Source: Candidatus Pacearchaeota archaeon
Lineage (GTDB): Archaea; Nanobdellota; Nanobdellia; Pacearchaeales; GW2011-AR1
DNA: 64,000 bases
Reading direction: 5' to 3'
NCBI GenBank assembly: GCA_018304105.1
Contig: JAGVWX010000019.1
Coordinates: 65,411-129,410, forward strand
The translations under genes and the position numbers were made by a program. Within the stretch, counting starts at the first letter, position 1, and each line of letters starts with the position of its first letter. The notes under the pieces were generated by a model. That model searched no databases, was not told the origin of the DNA, and saw only the letters and a list, made by a program, of their open reading frames with translations. This document shows, in pieces, positions 1 through 9,648 of this stretch.

Positions 1-730
1 TAAAAAGGACGAATCTGCCGTAATTGTTAGATGTCATGTGCTCAACGAAATCGAGAAGGCCGAACGCGCTTTTTTTGTTGTAGATATATTTTGGCTCGTA
101 TTTTTTTGTAAAGAGGTAAGCGGCGATTGCTCTGCCTAAGAAAGCTATTGCGAAGATTATGGTGAATCCTATGAAAATTTCACTGTTTTGGAAATGCTTT
201 AGGATGAACCCAGAGGTTAGAAGACTGATTAGGACGACTCCGGTTATTATTTCGTTTCTTCTTGAGAAGTATCTGCCGTTTTCTGAACTCAAAATGTCTT
301 TCATCCATGAGCTCCAGGCTGGGCTGCCGATTGCGCCGGCAAGAGCTATCAATGTGTAAATCGCTATTACTAAGAGAGAGGCATTTAGCGTGGTTAAAAT
401 GTTTGCAAAGTAGAGCCAGCCGACGAGGATAAGCGGGAGCCACATTAACGCTTGAAATATTGCGCTCATTATCATTATCTTCTTTCTAGAGACTTTTTTT
501 ATTAGGCTTAATGTGCCAAGTTGTGCAAAGTTGCCGAGAAGACTTGGAAGAGAAGTTAGGAGTGCAATTTGAGCGTTTGTTGCGCCGACAGCAAGAGCAT
601 ATGGTGTTATGTAACGGAAGCCAAAACCGTCCATCAAACTAGTGAACGAACCTTCCTTTACACTTATTTTTCTAGCTTGCTCTTTTTTTTGTTCTTCTGT
701 CAGAACTTCCGAAGCATCCCCTTTTTGCAT
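1..730 (-). CDS. MFS-type transporter, N-terminal 243 codons (gene continues past left edge)
   Basis: Not in ORF track (no stop in window). I checked all minus-frame triplets 2..730: open, ATG at 730. MQKGDASE...SFTSLMDGFGFRYITPYALAVGATNAQIALLTSLPSLLGNFAQL then repeated hydrophobic helices. Confidence 0.65.
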   Translation of the reverse strand, partial: MQKGDASEVLTEEQKKEQARKISVKEGSFTSLMDGFGFRYITPYALAVGATNAQIALLTSLPSLLGNFAQLGTLSLIKKVSRKKIMIMSAIFQALMWLPLILVGWLYFANILTTLNASLLVIAIYTLIALAGAIGSPAWSSWMKDILSSENGRYFSRRNEIITGVVLISLLTSGFILKHFQNSEIFIGFTIIFAIAFLGRAIAAYLFTKKYEPKYIYNKKSAFGLLDFVEHMTSNNYGRFVLF

Positions 731-776
731 GAATTAACGAGGACTTTTGGATTTTAAATCCTTTCTACATGATTGA

Positions 777-901
777 CTTTGTTGAAAATTTGTTTGTGAA
801 TTGTTTGCTACTCGTCCACCCCGCCGCCAAAAAGTTATCATCCAACCCCACCGACCGACTTGTGAATGGGACTAAGGTCGTTTATTTGACTTTTTCAACT
901 G
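777..901 (+). repeat. GC-core modular intergenic element, copy a
   Basis: Left arm ctttgttgaaaa (777-788), core ccaccccgcc (816-825), ccgaccgacttgtgaa, tttatttgactttttcaac (to 901); collinear with 40017-40236. Confidence 0.7.
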
Positions 902-1585
902 AACTCGATTATTTAATTTTCTTTTTTTCATTAGCCTGAACAGGACGTATAATATGAAAAGAAGGTATGCGATGCCGACCCAGACGAACAGGGCAAGGAG
1001 GAATGAATTTTCTTTTATGATGTCAGAGCCGAGGTAGGTCTGGGAAAAGACAAGAGGAGCGAGACCGAGGGTTGTGGCAATAACAAAACGGGAAAGCCGC
1101 ATTCTGCTTAAGCCGGCGAGGTAACTAATAAGGTCTGTTGACGTTAATGGATTAATTCTTAAGATGAATATTCCGAACGGGCCGTACTTTTCAGTTATGC
1201 GGCCAAACCGCTGACTGTTTTTTATTCCAATTTTCTTTTTTATGTAATTTTTGCCAATTGTTCTGGCAAGCATGAACGCAATAATCGCACCGACTATGTT
1301 TCCTGTAAGTATGACAACGCCTCCGAAAAATCCGCCGAGAACCAACCCCGCAGCGACGTAAAGTATCAATGGGGGAATTGGCGCGGCAATTACTTCAACC
1401 ACGACAAGAATGAAAAGCACGACCGCAGCCCAACTGCCGAGCGATTGGATGTCTTCAACTATCGAGCTAATATCGTTGGTAACAATATGATAAATTATGC
1501 CTTTGTTGATGTAAGAAAAGTATGACGCAATGGCTACCAATGCCACAGTCAGAATGAATAGTGTGAGAATTATTTTCTTTTTCAT
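872..1585 (-). CDS. TVP38/TMEM64 (DedA-superfamily) membrane protein
   Basis: 237 aa, multi-TM, VIAAPIPPLILYVAAGLVLGGFFGG and RINPLTSTDLISYLAGLSRM motifs typical of SNARE-associated/DedA family. Confidence 0.7.
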   Translation of the reverse strand: MKKKIILTLFILTVALVAIASYFSYINKGIIYHIVTNDISSIVEDIQSLGSWAAVVLFILVVVEVIAAPIPPLILYVAAGLVLGGFFGGVVILTGNIVGAIIAFMLARTIGKNYIKKKIGIKNSQRFGRITEKYGPFGIFILRINPLTSTDLISYLAGLSRMRLSRFVIATTLGLAPLVFSQTYLGSDIIKENSFLLALFVWVGIAYLLFILYVLFRLMKKRKLNNRVQLKKSNKRP

Positions 1586-1859
1586 CTGATGTTAACACAA
1601 GGAAGATTTATATTGTTTTGCAGTTAACTCTGTTTATGATTTTTCAAGATAGCTTCAATTTTTAGAGAATAAATATTATAATGAATTTATGATTGAGATG
1701 CAATGAAAAGTTTTAGCTGAGATTTAATTTTATAATTATCTTGATACTGAAAACTTCTGAGCTGTTCTTTATTATTTTTTATTTATAAATATTATAACAT
1801 CATCAGAACGTAGTCTTGTGGATTTCTATTTGTCTAAGAGAAAGACTATCGGTCTTAAG

Positions 1860-2795
1860 CTAGTTTTGTCTTACTTTAATTAGATTTTCTTTTAATTGTT
1901 TTGAGATTTCTTTCCATGTTAAGAGGCCGTTTTTTGCCCCTGGAATTTGGATTACGGACTCTGCGTTGAGAGAGCCGAGCTTTATGGCTACTTCAGGGTT
2001 GTTTGTTTTGATTATGCCTGTTACAAAGGCAGATGCGAATGCGTCGCCTGCGCCTGTTCTTTCTGCAACTTTTATCTTTCTTGGCAATGAAGTTAGAATG
2101 CGGGAGCCATCTGAAACTTTGTTTCCTTCTCCGCCGTAAGTTATGCAGACAATTTTTGGGCCTAAAGAATGAAGCCCTTGGAATAAGTCGCCTTCAGGAA
2201 TTAAATCTTTGGCTTCGTCGTTGTTTAAGATTAAGACGTCAACATGGTCGAGAATTTTTTTTATGTAACCAACTCCTTTTTTTGTGAGGTAACTTGAAGG
2301 ATTGTAGATTTTGTTTTTTGAGGCGTAAAGTGCTAGGGCTTTTTGCGTGTCGAGAGAGGTATTGTCTGTTGCCGAGAAGTAGAACCATTTAGTTTTAAGT
2401 TTTTTTAGAGGAACGTCTGAAAGTGAAATGTTGTTTGATTTTTCTTTGTATGTTAGGACTGTTCTGTCGTGTTCTTTACTGTCTAAAATTACTGAGAAAT
2501 CTGTTAAGCCTTGTTCTTGTTTTCCTAAGAATGAGACTTTTTCTTTTTTTAATTCATTAAGGATGAGCTGGGAGTTTTCGTCCTTGCCGATTTTGATGAT
2601 TGTTCCTGTCTTGAGGCCGAGCTTTGAGAAAGAAACGGAAGTGTTTGTGCCTCCGCCGCCGGTTGAGAACTGGAGCTTGTTGATTGCGATTTTTTCGCCA
2701 ACATTATAACACATTTTCTTGTGAACTTCATGGACGTTTGTGTAGACGAATGCGTCAACGACTGCTCCACCGAATGTTATTATGTCGAACTTCAT
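1860..2795 (-). CDS. PfkB-family carbohydrate/nucleoside kinase
   Basis: N-terminal GGGGTNTSVSFSKLG and C-terminal TGAGDAFASAFVTG (PfkB signatures). Confidence 0.85.
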   Translation of the reverse strand: MKFDIITFGGAVVDAFVYTNVHEVHKKMCYNVGEKIAINKLQFSTGGGGTNTSVSFSKLGLKTGTIIKIGKDENSQLILNELKKEKVSFLGKQEQGLTDFSVILDSKEHDRTVLTYKEKSNNISLSDVPLKKLKTKWFYFSATDNTSLDTQKALALYASKNKIYNPSSYLTKKGVGYIKKILDHVDVLILNNDEAKDLIPEGDLFQGLHSLGPKIVCITYGGEGNKVSDGSRILTSLPRKIKVAERTGAGDAFASAFVTGIIKTNNPEVAIKLGSLNAESVIQIPGAKNGLLTWKEISKQLKENLIKVRQN

Positions 2796-2804
2796 ATTGT
2801 TCCC

Positions 2805-3179
2805 TCAAAATATTTGTTGTTTAATCTTGGCTTCATTGACCGCGACGTCTTCACCATAATAATTGAAGCCATTTCGGATGACTCTGTACTTGTCGAATTT
2901 CTCGGAGATTTCTTTTTCATTTAAAATTTCTTTTAAGAAACACGTTATGCATTCATGGTTGTAAATTTTGTATCCTTTTTTTATTGCGAGCGCTTCAAGA
3001 GCAATTCTTACAGAATCATAAAGAAGAGACACTTTAGAAGAAGCTGTATCTTCGTTAATGGCTAATTGTTGGTGAGAAATTAATTTTTTCTTACTTGAAA
3101 TAAGAAGAGATTCTATTTTCTCTTTTTTAGGAATTTTCTCCCTTATAAAACCTCTCTTTTTACATTCTTCCCAATTCAT
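2805..3179 (-). CDS. HEPN-domain protein (partner of upstream nucleotidyltransferase)
   Basis: 124 aa helical protein, 4-nt overlap with MNT gene at 3176-3179; C-terminal YRVIRNGFNYYG HEPN-like region. Confidence 0.6.
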   Translation of the reverse strand: MNWEECKKRGFIREKIPKKEKIESLLISSKKKLISHQQLAINEDTASSKVSLLYDSVRIALEALAIKKGYKIYNHECITCFLKEILNEKEISEKFDKYRVIRNGFNYYGEDVAVNEAKIKQQIF

Positions 3180-3682
3180 CTTAACGTACCTTTTAGTATG
3201 TATCCGTTTGTAATGCCAACCCGCAATTCTTTATTAACCTTTTCTAACGATTCAAAAACGAAAAGTTGTATTTCTTTGCTGAGCGATTTTTCAAAATTTT
3301 TTAAGTCAATTTCTTTCTTGAACTTTGTGAATACCGCAATGTCTATGTCTGAGTTTTCGTTGACTTCGAGATTTATCAAGGAACCGAACAGGACAATTGC
3401 ATCAGAACGTAATTGCTTTTCTAAATAGCTGGTGAGCGATTTTAATTTTTCTTCCCAGTATATTTTTGATAGACTTCTCAAGATTTGGTTTTCTCGGTTT
3501 GCTTGAAAGAGAATGAAGCCGCGCTCTTCTCTCTTTTTTAATAGTCCTTGGGAAGCAAATTTCTTAAGAAGCTTGGAAGCGGTCGGGGGTGTGATCTTGG
3601 CGAGACGAGAGTATTCTCTTACAGAAATTTCTCTATAACAATTTTCAAAAAAAGGTTCAAGGTTGTTAATTATCTCTAACAT
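3176..3682 (-). CDS. Minimal nucleotidyltransferase (MNT) with N-terminal wHTH
   Basis: LFGSLINLEVNENSDIDIAVF = GSx(n)DxD Pol-beta NTase motif; N-terminal HTH (ISVREYSRLAKITPPTASKLLKKF). Confidence 0.75.
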   Translation of the reverse strand: MLEIINNLEPFFENCYREISVREYSRLAKITPPTASKLLKKFASQGLLKKREERGFILFQANRENQILRSLSKIYWEEKLKSLTSYLEKQLRSDAIVLFGSLINLEVNENSDIDIAVFTKFKKEIDLKNFEKSLSKEIQLFVFESLEKVNKELRVGITNGYILKGTLR

Positions 3683-3737
3683 GTGTAAAATATAATTTAC
3701 GGGTGTTTATATATTTTTCTGATTTGGGGGTTTGTTT

Positions 3738-4075
3738 TTATTCTATTGCTGAAAGAGTTTCCTTAAGGTTTCCATCTTCGTAGGCTTTTAGGATTCTCCT
3801 CGCAGATTCTGGAACATCTGAGCCACCGAAAGAGAAGTAATCGTCATGCCTTGGGGCGCCATTGCTGTTGACACATAAAAACCGGTGGTCGCGCTCACAA
3901 CCATGGAGATATAAATGGGGAACTTAGACAGTTGCTCTTTGAACTCTTTTTAATCCATCGAAATAAGGTATTTGCGCATAATATCTTGAAGAATTGTTTG
4001 TCGGGAGTCGTCTTTTACCTTTTTGCTCTTTAATAGTTAAGGAGCGATCAGGGACCTCCGTGAGGTTTATACATT
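3738..4075 (-). pseudogene. Gene remnant without start codon and with an in-frame TAA (3924-3926)
   Basis: Minus frame reads ...RYYAQIPYFDGLKRVQRATV*VPHLYLHGCERDHRFLCVNSNGAPRHDDYFSFGGSDVPESARRILKAYEDGNLKETLSAIE*; no ATG/GTG/TTG start found. Confidence 0.3.
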
Positions 4076-4081
4076 GCCAAA

Positions 4082-4558
4082 CTAGGCGTTTTCGGCAAAT
4101 TGGATAAATCTTTCTGCTGTCCTGATGCCTAATTTGACGTCTTCTTTAGTTATTCTCTTCCATTCATAAAAATCGTACTGACCGAGTTCTTTTAGTTGAA
4201 ATGTTAAATCGAAACCGAAGTCTGAAAGCCTCTTATGAATTTTTACTAATTTTTTGTAAAACTCTCCGCTTATTAGTTTATGGTGTTTTAAGGCAATTAA
4301 AAGGCAAGGATGATTTTTACAGAAAAAGCCTTTATTTTTTAGTAGTAAATAATTTCCTGCGTGAAATATTGAATAATCTGCTTTGATAATCGCCCAATCC
4401 CGACCATTGTTTTCAAATTCTTTCTTTGCTATCCTCAAGTCGTTTTTCGCTTTTCCCAGATGTTTGTTCGCATGTTTTCTTATGTCCTCAATAAATTTAT
4501 GTTTTCTTTCACAGTCTTCATACAATTCTTTTATTTTCTTCTTATTTGAGAGCTTCAT
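4082..4558 (-). CDS. HEPN-domain protein
   Basis: 158 aa helical; ATGA start/stop overlap with pgk (4555-4558), so co-transcribed. Confidence 0.5.
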   Translation of the reverse strand: MKLSNKKKIKELYEDCERKHKFIEDIRKHANKHLGKAKNDLRIAKKEFENNGRDWAIIKADYSIFHAGNYLLLKNKGFFCKNHPCLLIALKHHKLISGEFYKKLVKIHKRLSDFGFDLTFQLKELGQYDFYEWKRITKEDVKLGIRTAERFIQFAENA

Positions 4559-5679
4559 CTTCTCAGAACTTCCAAGCCGGGAAGCTTTTTGCCTGCAACA
4601 TACTCATCTAATGCTCCTCCTGAAAGCGAGATATAACCGAAACGCTTTTTGTTGATTTTTAGTTTTGCTATTGCTGCGGTTGTGTGACCACCGCCGACGA
4701 CGGAGAACGCTTTGCTTGATGCGATTGCTTTGAGGATTGCTTTTGTGCCTTCTTGAAATTGTCTTTCTTCACAGTAACCAGCGACACCTTTCATGAAGAT
4801 TGAACTGGCCTGCTTGATTTTTTTAACGTAAAACTTTTGTGTTTCTGGACCAATGTCAAATATTTCGTATTTGCTTGGAAACTCATTTAAAGAAAGGTCT
4901 TTTCGCTTGCCTTTAACTTTTACAGCAAAGTCTAATGGAGTTTGAATGCCTTTAACTAGGGGTTTTAGAATTGGTACGAACTCTGCTATTTCTTTTTTAA
5001 GGAATTTGTTTTGAGCTCCGAAGTTGTAGCCTTTTGCGATTGTGCATACTTGCCCGAAGATTCCACAAGTTAGGACGTTCTTGCTATTCTTTAGGACGTC
5101 AATGTTCTCTTTTGGCTTTGCTCCTCCTAAGATGAAGAGAGTATCTTTTAGATTAATCTTCTCGAGGCTTTTGATTTCGGATTCCATGACTCTGCCCATT
5201 CCATGAGGAAGGACTTTTGGGAAGCCAGTTACGGAAGTTTGTGCTCTATGGCTGACTGAGAACGCATCGTTTATGTAAATGTCGAATAACGGAGCTAGGG
5301 TTTTTACCAAAGCATTGTTTTCTGTTCCATCGAACTCTTCTTTTAGATTTCTTACGTTGTCAAGCAAGAGGACTTCTCCGGGTTTGAGAGATTTGATTGC
5401 ATTTAACGCAGGTTCTCCGACGATGTCTGGAACGAATTTTGCTTTGATTAATTTAGCATGCTGTTCTAATGATGTAAAATCTTTGTTGCCTGGGCGGCCT
5501 TGATGCGCGAGGATTACAGTTATTGCTTTTTTCTTTTTTAGTTCATCCAAGGTAATTTGGTGAGCTTTCATTCTTTCAGAAAGCTGTGCTTTTCCATCGA
5601 TAATTTCTGTGTTAATGTCTAATCTGAGAAGGACGCGTTTGTTCTTTAGGTTGAAGGATGATAGTGTGGGGATTTTCAT
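4555..5679 (-). CDS. pgk: Phosphoglycerate kinase
   Basis: RLDINT...AHQGRPG...GGGHT..A motifs; 374 aa. Confidence 0.9.
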   Translation of the reverse strand: MKIPTLSSFNLKNKRVLLRLDINTEIIDGKAQLSERMKAHQITLDELKKKKAITVILAHQGRPGNKDFTSLEQHAKLIKAKFVPDIVGEPALNAIKSLKPGEVLLLDNVRNLKEEFDGTENNALVKTLAPLFDIYINDAFSVSHRAQTSVTGFPKVLPHGMGRVMESEIKSLEKINLKDTLFILGGAKPKENIDVLKNSKNVLTCGIFGQVCTIAKGYNFGAQNKFLKKEIAEFVPILKPLVKGIQTPLDFAVKVKGKRKDLSLNEFPSKYEIFDIGPETQKFYVKKIKQASSIFMKGVAGYCEERQFQEGTKAILKAIASSKAFSVVGGGHTTAAIAKLKINKKRFGYISLSGGALDEYVAGKKLPGLEVLRR

Positions 5680-5776
5680 TGTGCCTCTTTTTCTATTTTA
5701 CTTAGGGAAATTAAGGTTTTAATTCTTACGATTATTCTTTAAGATTGCAAAAATTTAATAATTCTTATAATTTAAG

Positions 5777-6301
5777 ATGAATATGAAAAAAGGGTTTTAC
5801 AGCGTTCTTGGAATTTTATTGGTTGTGGCTGGGGCAGTCTTGCTGTTGAATTCTTTTTCAGGCTTGACTGGGTTTGTTGTTCTTGAAGATGTTAATAAGA
5901 ATGTGAGTGGGGTTTTGGGGATTGTTTTGGTTTTGGGTGGAATTGGGGTTTTGATGGCCAGAGCGCACCATAACAGATTTTATAGCGAGATTGCAGCAAG
6001 GATTTATGATGGGCTTGGAACGAGAAATGCATATGGACATAAGACCGAGCAGATATCTGTAACGGAGTCGAGAATTGCAGCACATGGGCCATTTCGCAAG
6101 GGTGATGTTGAGAATGTAATCTCTAAAGAGATAGAATCTGGGAGACTGGTGCTTGATAAATCAAGACAGGCCGTTTCCATTTCTACTAATCCGGAAAGAA
6201 TTGAAGAAATAGTGGATAATTACGGCGGAATGATGAAAGACACGGTTGTGGACAGGCTTAAGGAGCTGGAAGAAAGACGTTTGCCTGCGGGCGTTAGATA
6301 A
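5777..6301 (+). CDS. Membrane-anchored hypothetical protein
   Basis: Two N-terminal TM helices then soluble domain; no recognisable motif. Confidence 0.5.
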   Translation: MNMKKGFYSVLGILLVVAGAVLLLNSFSGLTGFVVLEDVNKNVSGVLGIVLVLGGIGVLMARAHHNRFYSEIAARIYDGLGTRNAYGHKTEQISVTESRIAAHGPFRKGDVENVISKEIESGRLVLDKSRQAVSISTNPERIEEIVDNYGGMMKDTVVDRLKELEERRLPAGVR

Positions 6302-6388
6302 TTGCTTGTAATTTCTAGAACGAAAAATAATAGCTTAAATTGGTAGGGCTCGTTTAAACTTGGTCAACTCCTTTCAGTCGTTGAGGCA

Positions 6389-6423
6389 CTGACGAAGTCA
6401 TTCGCTACGCTCATGAGGCAGCC
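6389..6423 (+). repeat. Hairpin module ctgacgaagtcattcgctacgctcatgaggcagcc
   Basis: Same module type as 40087-40120 and 40121-40155 (GACGARGTCA-hairpin-TGAGGCAGC) with compensatory stem changes. Confidence 0.6.
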
Positions 6424-6521
6424 AGCTCGCAAATTATTGCACGGTCCATTATGCTCATTGGGTTTCTGAGTTATGCAAAGATAATAGCAAAATTGTAGCG
6501 GAGTAGATAATTAGAATGTTA

Positions 6522-7511
6522 TTAAGCCCACTTGCCAACCATTTGGAGCACATCTACAACTCTGCAAGCATAGCCGTATTCATTGTCATACCAAGCGAGG
6601 ACTTTTATTAAATTGCCGTCGGCTTGTGTTGATAGCGAGTCGAACAATGCGGAATTGGGGTTCTTTATTACGTCGCTGGAGACGAGCTCTTCTTCGCTGT
6701 ATTCCAAGATTCCTTTGAGCTCTTTTTCGGATGCTTTTTTGAATGCTGCGTTTACTGAATTGACATCAAATGGTTTTTCTAATTCTGCGACTAGGTCTAC
6801 GAGGCTTCCGACCGGGACTGGGACACGGACTGCAAGGCCATTTACCTTGCCTTCAAGTTCAGGCATGACTGCTGAGACAGCTTCGGCTGCGCCTGTTGAG
6901 GTTGGAATTATATTCAATGCGCCAGCTCTGCCTCTGCGCCTCTTTTTGTGAGACTGATCATGAAGAACCTGGTCGTTTGTGTAAGCGTGGACTGTAGTCA
7001 TCAATGCGCGATTTATTTGGAAGTTGTCGTTTAAGACTTTTAGAACAGGAGTCAAGCAATTTGTTGTGCAGGACGCGACTGAGACTATTTTATGGGTTTT
7101 GTCAAGTTTCTTATGGTTTACGCCAGGAACAATTGTGATGTCCGGGTCTTTTGATGGCGCGGAGATTAAGACGTATTCGGCTCCTGCTTTTAAGTGTTTT
7201 GAAGCGTTTTCTCTGTCTGTGAATGCACCAGTGCTCTCAACAACGACATTCACTTTCAGGGCTTTCCAGTTTATTTTTTCTAATTCTCTTTCAGCAATGA
7301 CTTTTATTTTCTTGCCTGCGACTATTAAGAAATCTTTATCAATTTTTACATCTCTCTCGTATCTTCCGTAGACAGAGTCATGCTTTAGCAAGTAAGCTGC
7401 AGATTCAACACCGTGCGGGTCGTTTACGACTGTCACGTTTAATTTTCTGTCTAAACAAATCTTAAGAACAGCGATTCCAATTCTGCCGAAGCCGTTTATT
7501 GCGATATTCAT
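6522..7511 (-). CDS. gap: Glyceraldehyde-3-phosphate dehydrogenase, class I
   Basis: MNIAINGFGRIG start (ATG 7511; the track start 7556 lies inside a repeat element), active site SCTTNCLTP. Confidence 0.9.
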   Translation of the reverse strand: MNIAINGFGRIGIAVLKICLDRKLNVTVVNDPHGVESAAYLLKHDSVYGRYERDVKIDKDFLIVAGKKIKVIAERELEKINWKALKVNVVVESTGAFTDRENASKHLKAGAEYVLISAPSKDPDITIVPGVNHKKLDKTHKIVSVASCTTNCLTPVLKVLNDNFQINRALMTTVHAYTNDQVLHDQSHKKRRRGRAGALNIIPTSTGAAEAVSAVMPELEGKVNGLAVRVPVPVGSLVDLVAELEKPFDVNSVNAAFKKASEKELKGILEYSEEELVSSDVIKNPNSALFDSLSTQADGNLIKVLAWYDNEYGYACRVVDVLQMVGKWA

Positions 7512-7524
7512 TTTGCCCTTTTTG

Positions 7525-7960
7525 ATTTTTGAAAACTGTTTGCTACTCGCAGCCACGCTCGTGATTTGTCTGCCGGTTTACTCTCGCGTAACTGCTCGCC
7601 CACCCCCCACCCAGGTAGTCTTGATTTGCTGCTGCAAATTAAGTTAGTAATCGCAAACAATTTTATTTGTACATGTTTATATTCCAGAGAAGATTTAAAG
7701 GTTGCGGTTGTTACGATTTTATTGAAAATATTTTTTGGCAGGTTTAGGATTCCCACAAGGATTTCACTTTCAGTGAAAAACCCTACTCCGCAGCCACGCA
7801 TCTTAATAGTTTAATTACTGGTGATACGTAACTGCTCGCTCGCAGCCACGCTCGTAATTATTGACAAATTACTCTCGCGTAACACGCTCGCCCTTGCCAC
7901 CACTCCTACTTTCCCCCAAATCAAAATAGTAAACCTGCAATTAGACTTTTTCAACAAAAC
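7525..7960 (+). repeat. Expanded GC-core intergenic element with internal duplication
   Basis: ctcgcagccacgctcgt at 7546 and 7839; ttactctcgcgtaac..ctcgccc at 7578 and 7869; cccaccccccaccc core; ends ttagactttttcaacaaaa (7941-7958). Confidence 0.65.
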
Positions 7961-7966
7961 CAGTTG

Positions 7967-9547
7967 TTATTTCTTTGGTTTAGCAGAGTTCTTTTTCTTG
8001 ACTAACAAGAGAACTACTGCCACAACAACTACAATGATAACCAATATTATTATTCCCCAATTTATGCCTCCGCTACTTAAAGGAGATTGCTGAGGTTCGG
8101 GTTGTGTTTCTTCAGGCTGATCTGTTGCTTCGGGAGCAGTTTCTGCTGGAACGGCAGGTGATTGTTCATTAATTGATTTTAGAATCAATGTTGCTGCATT
8201 TCCAGATGTTGTTGACTGGACATAAACGCTTAAATCGTAGTATCCATCAGCATCAAGGTCGTATTTGCCGGTTTCACCTGCACTCAAAGAACCTTTCTGA
8301 GGAGTCGATAAGATTGTAATGGAAACTATGCCTGCGTTGATGCTGTTTATTGTCATGGAATGCCCGCCCTTGATTGGGAGATTGATTTTCCAGTTGCTCC
8401 TTGCTGTTATTTCATATCCTTCGGTAGAAGATAATCTAGTGGCTGCTGCGGTGTATGTTGGGAACCCACTACTCCCGCTTGAAGATTCGGTAGTAGCAGC
8501 AGCAGCGGCTGCTGCCGTGACTGTGAATGCTAGTTTGCTAGAGTTACCTACGTTGTTTGCGTAGTCTGTGCAGTTCACGCTCCAGTTATGCGAACCTACA
8601 GCTATGGATGAGTTGGATGCAGTATTGGTCGCTCCAGTTGAATCAACAACTGCGATAAAGTTTATTACTGAGTTATCGAGGATTAAACTACAGTTTTGGG
8701 CTCCCGTTCCGTCTGTGTCTGTAACATTGAATGAAAAGGTATATGTTGTTGCCGATGACGACACATTTGGTGAAATCAAGGCTACTGTAGGTGCAGTTGT
8801 ATCTACTCTGATTGTTATTGTACTGGCAGTGTTGTTATTGCCTCCTGTGTCGTTAACTGTAGCGTTAAAGTAGTAAACTCCTTGAGCCAATCCCGTGAAA
8901 TTAGCAAATAAAGATTTAGAGTTCGTAGCCAGGACTGAATTGGCGCTGTTGTTTATGAGTGCGCGTGATGAGTTGAAGAGAGATATATTAATCGTGTTTA
9001 TGACTCCGTTGTCTGTTACCGAGACGTTGATGGCAATGTTAGTTCTCGAGATATTTGCATTGCCCGTTTCACCTGGGGCCACATATTGCACTGTAGCTGG
9101 AGCGGTAGTGTCGTTTACAAGAATAGAAATATTGGATGAGAGTGATACTGTAGAGTTTGTAGTGGTTACAGTTATGTTGTAATATCCGGGAGTTGAAGCG
9201 GTTGCGTTAAACCAAAAGCTGTTTAGCGTTAAGTTCAAGACCAAGCTGGTAGTGTTTGCCCAACTTAATGTCTGTCCATTAATGGTTAAAGTTCCAAGTG
9301 CGTCAGTTCCGTTTGTTGATGCTGTTGCGGTAAAGCTAGAAGGCAAGGTAATATTTACTTGGGTAATATTTGCCGCTACCAAAGTATCAGAGTTATTTAT
9401 TGTTATATTATATAGCGTAGAAACATCTTCAACGACATTTTTTGAAGTTGGTGTCACGACGTGTGCAGCCAGAACGAAAAAAATTGATATTATGATAGTT
9501 AGCAATGAGAAAAGCAAATAGAAATTTGTTTTTGTTGAATTAACCAT
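7967..9547 (-). CDS. Cell-surface (S-layer-like) glycoprotein with C-terminal TM anchor
   Basis: Signal/TM at N-terminus, dozens of N-x-S/T sequons, Thr/Ser/Asn-rich, C-terminal TM + KKKNSAKPKK. Confidence 0.7.
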   Translation of the reverse strand: MVNSTKTNFYLLFSLLTIIISIFFVLAAHVVTPTSKNVVEDVSTLYNITINNSDTLVAANITQVNITLPSSFTATASTNGTDALGTLTINGQTLSWANTTSLVLNLTLNSFWFNATASTPGYYNITVTTTNSTVSLSSNISILVNDTTAPATVQYVAPGETGNANISRTNIAINVSVTDNGVINTINISLFNSSRALINNSANSVLATNSKSLFANFTGLAQGVYYFNATVNDTGGNNNTASTITIRVDTTAPTVALISPNVSSSATTYTFSFNVTDTDGTGAQNCSLILDNSVINFIAVVDSTGATNTASNSSIAVGSHNWSVNCTDYANNVGNSSKLAFTVTAAAAAAATTESSSGSSGFPTYTAAATRLSSTEGYEITARSNWKINLPIKGGHSMTINSINAGIVSITILSTPQKGSLSAGETGKYDLDADGYYDLSVYVQSTTSGNAATLILKSINEQSPAVPAETAPEATDQPEETQPEPQQSPLSSGGINWGIIILVIIVVVVAVVLLLVKKKNSAKPKK

Positions 9548-9648
9548 CTTTTCACTCTTTTGTAAATCTTAGTAGTAATAGTATATAAACATTTCTTTTT
9601 TTAACGGTGTTTAAAAAAGTTTATATAATCGGGTTCTTTTTGTCGTTG

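Noticed and set aside
3924-3926. In-frame TAA codons (here and at 51828-51830) as evidence for stop-codon reassignment
   Set aside because: TAA clearly terminates many well-supported genes in the window (e.g. 10059, 44001, 39068). Both affected genes look otherwise decayed, so pseudogenes are the simpler explanation.
7557-7966. Long structured spacer with G/C-string boxes as a replication origin (ORB-like repeats)
   Set aside because: The same boxes recur at 800, 16780, 40056 and 57994. No orc1/cdc6 gene or AT-rich unwinding element flanked by inverted ORBs is present, so a dispersed repeat family fits better.
8319-9521. Several 80-100-aa + strand ORFs inside the S-layer gene, and similar antisense ORFs inside cdc48, rtcB, topA, pgk and gap
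   Set aside because: They are shadow ORFs opposite long, motif-supported genes. Their translations are low-complexity with no start signals.
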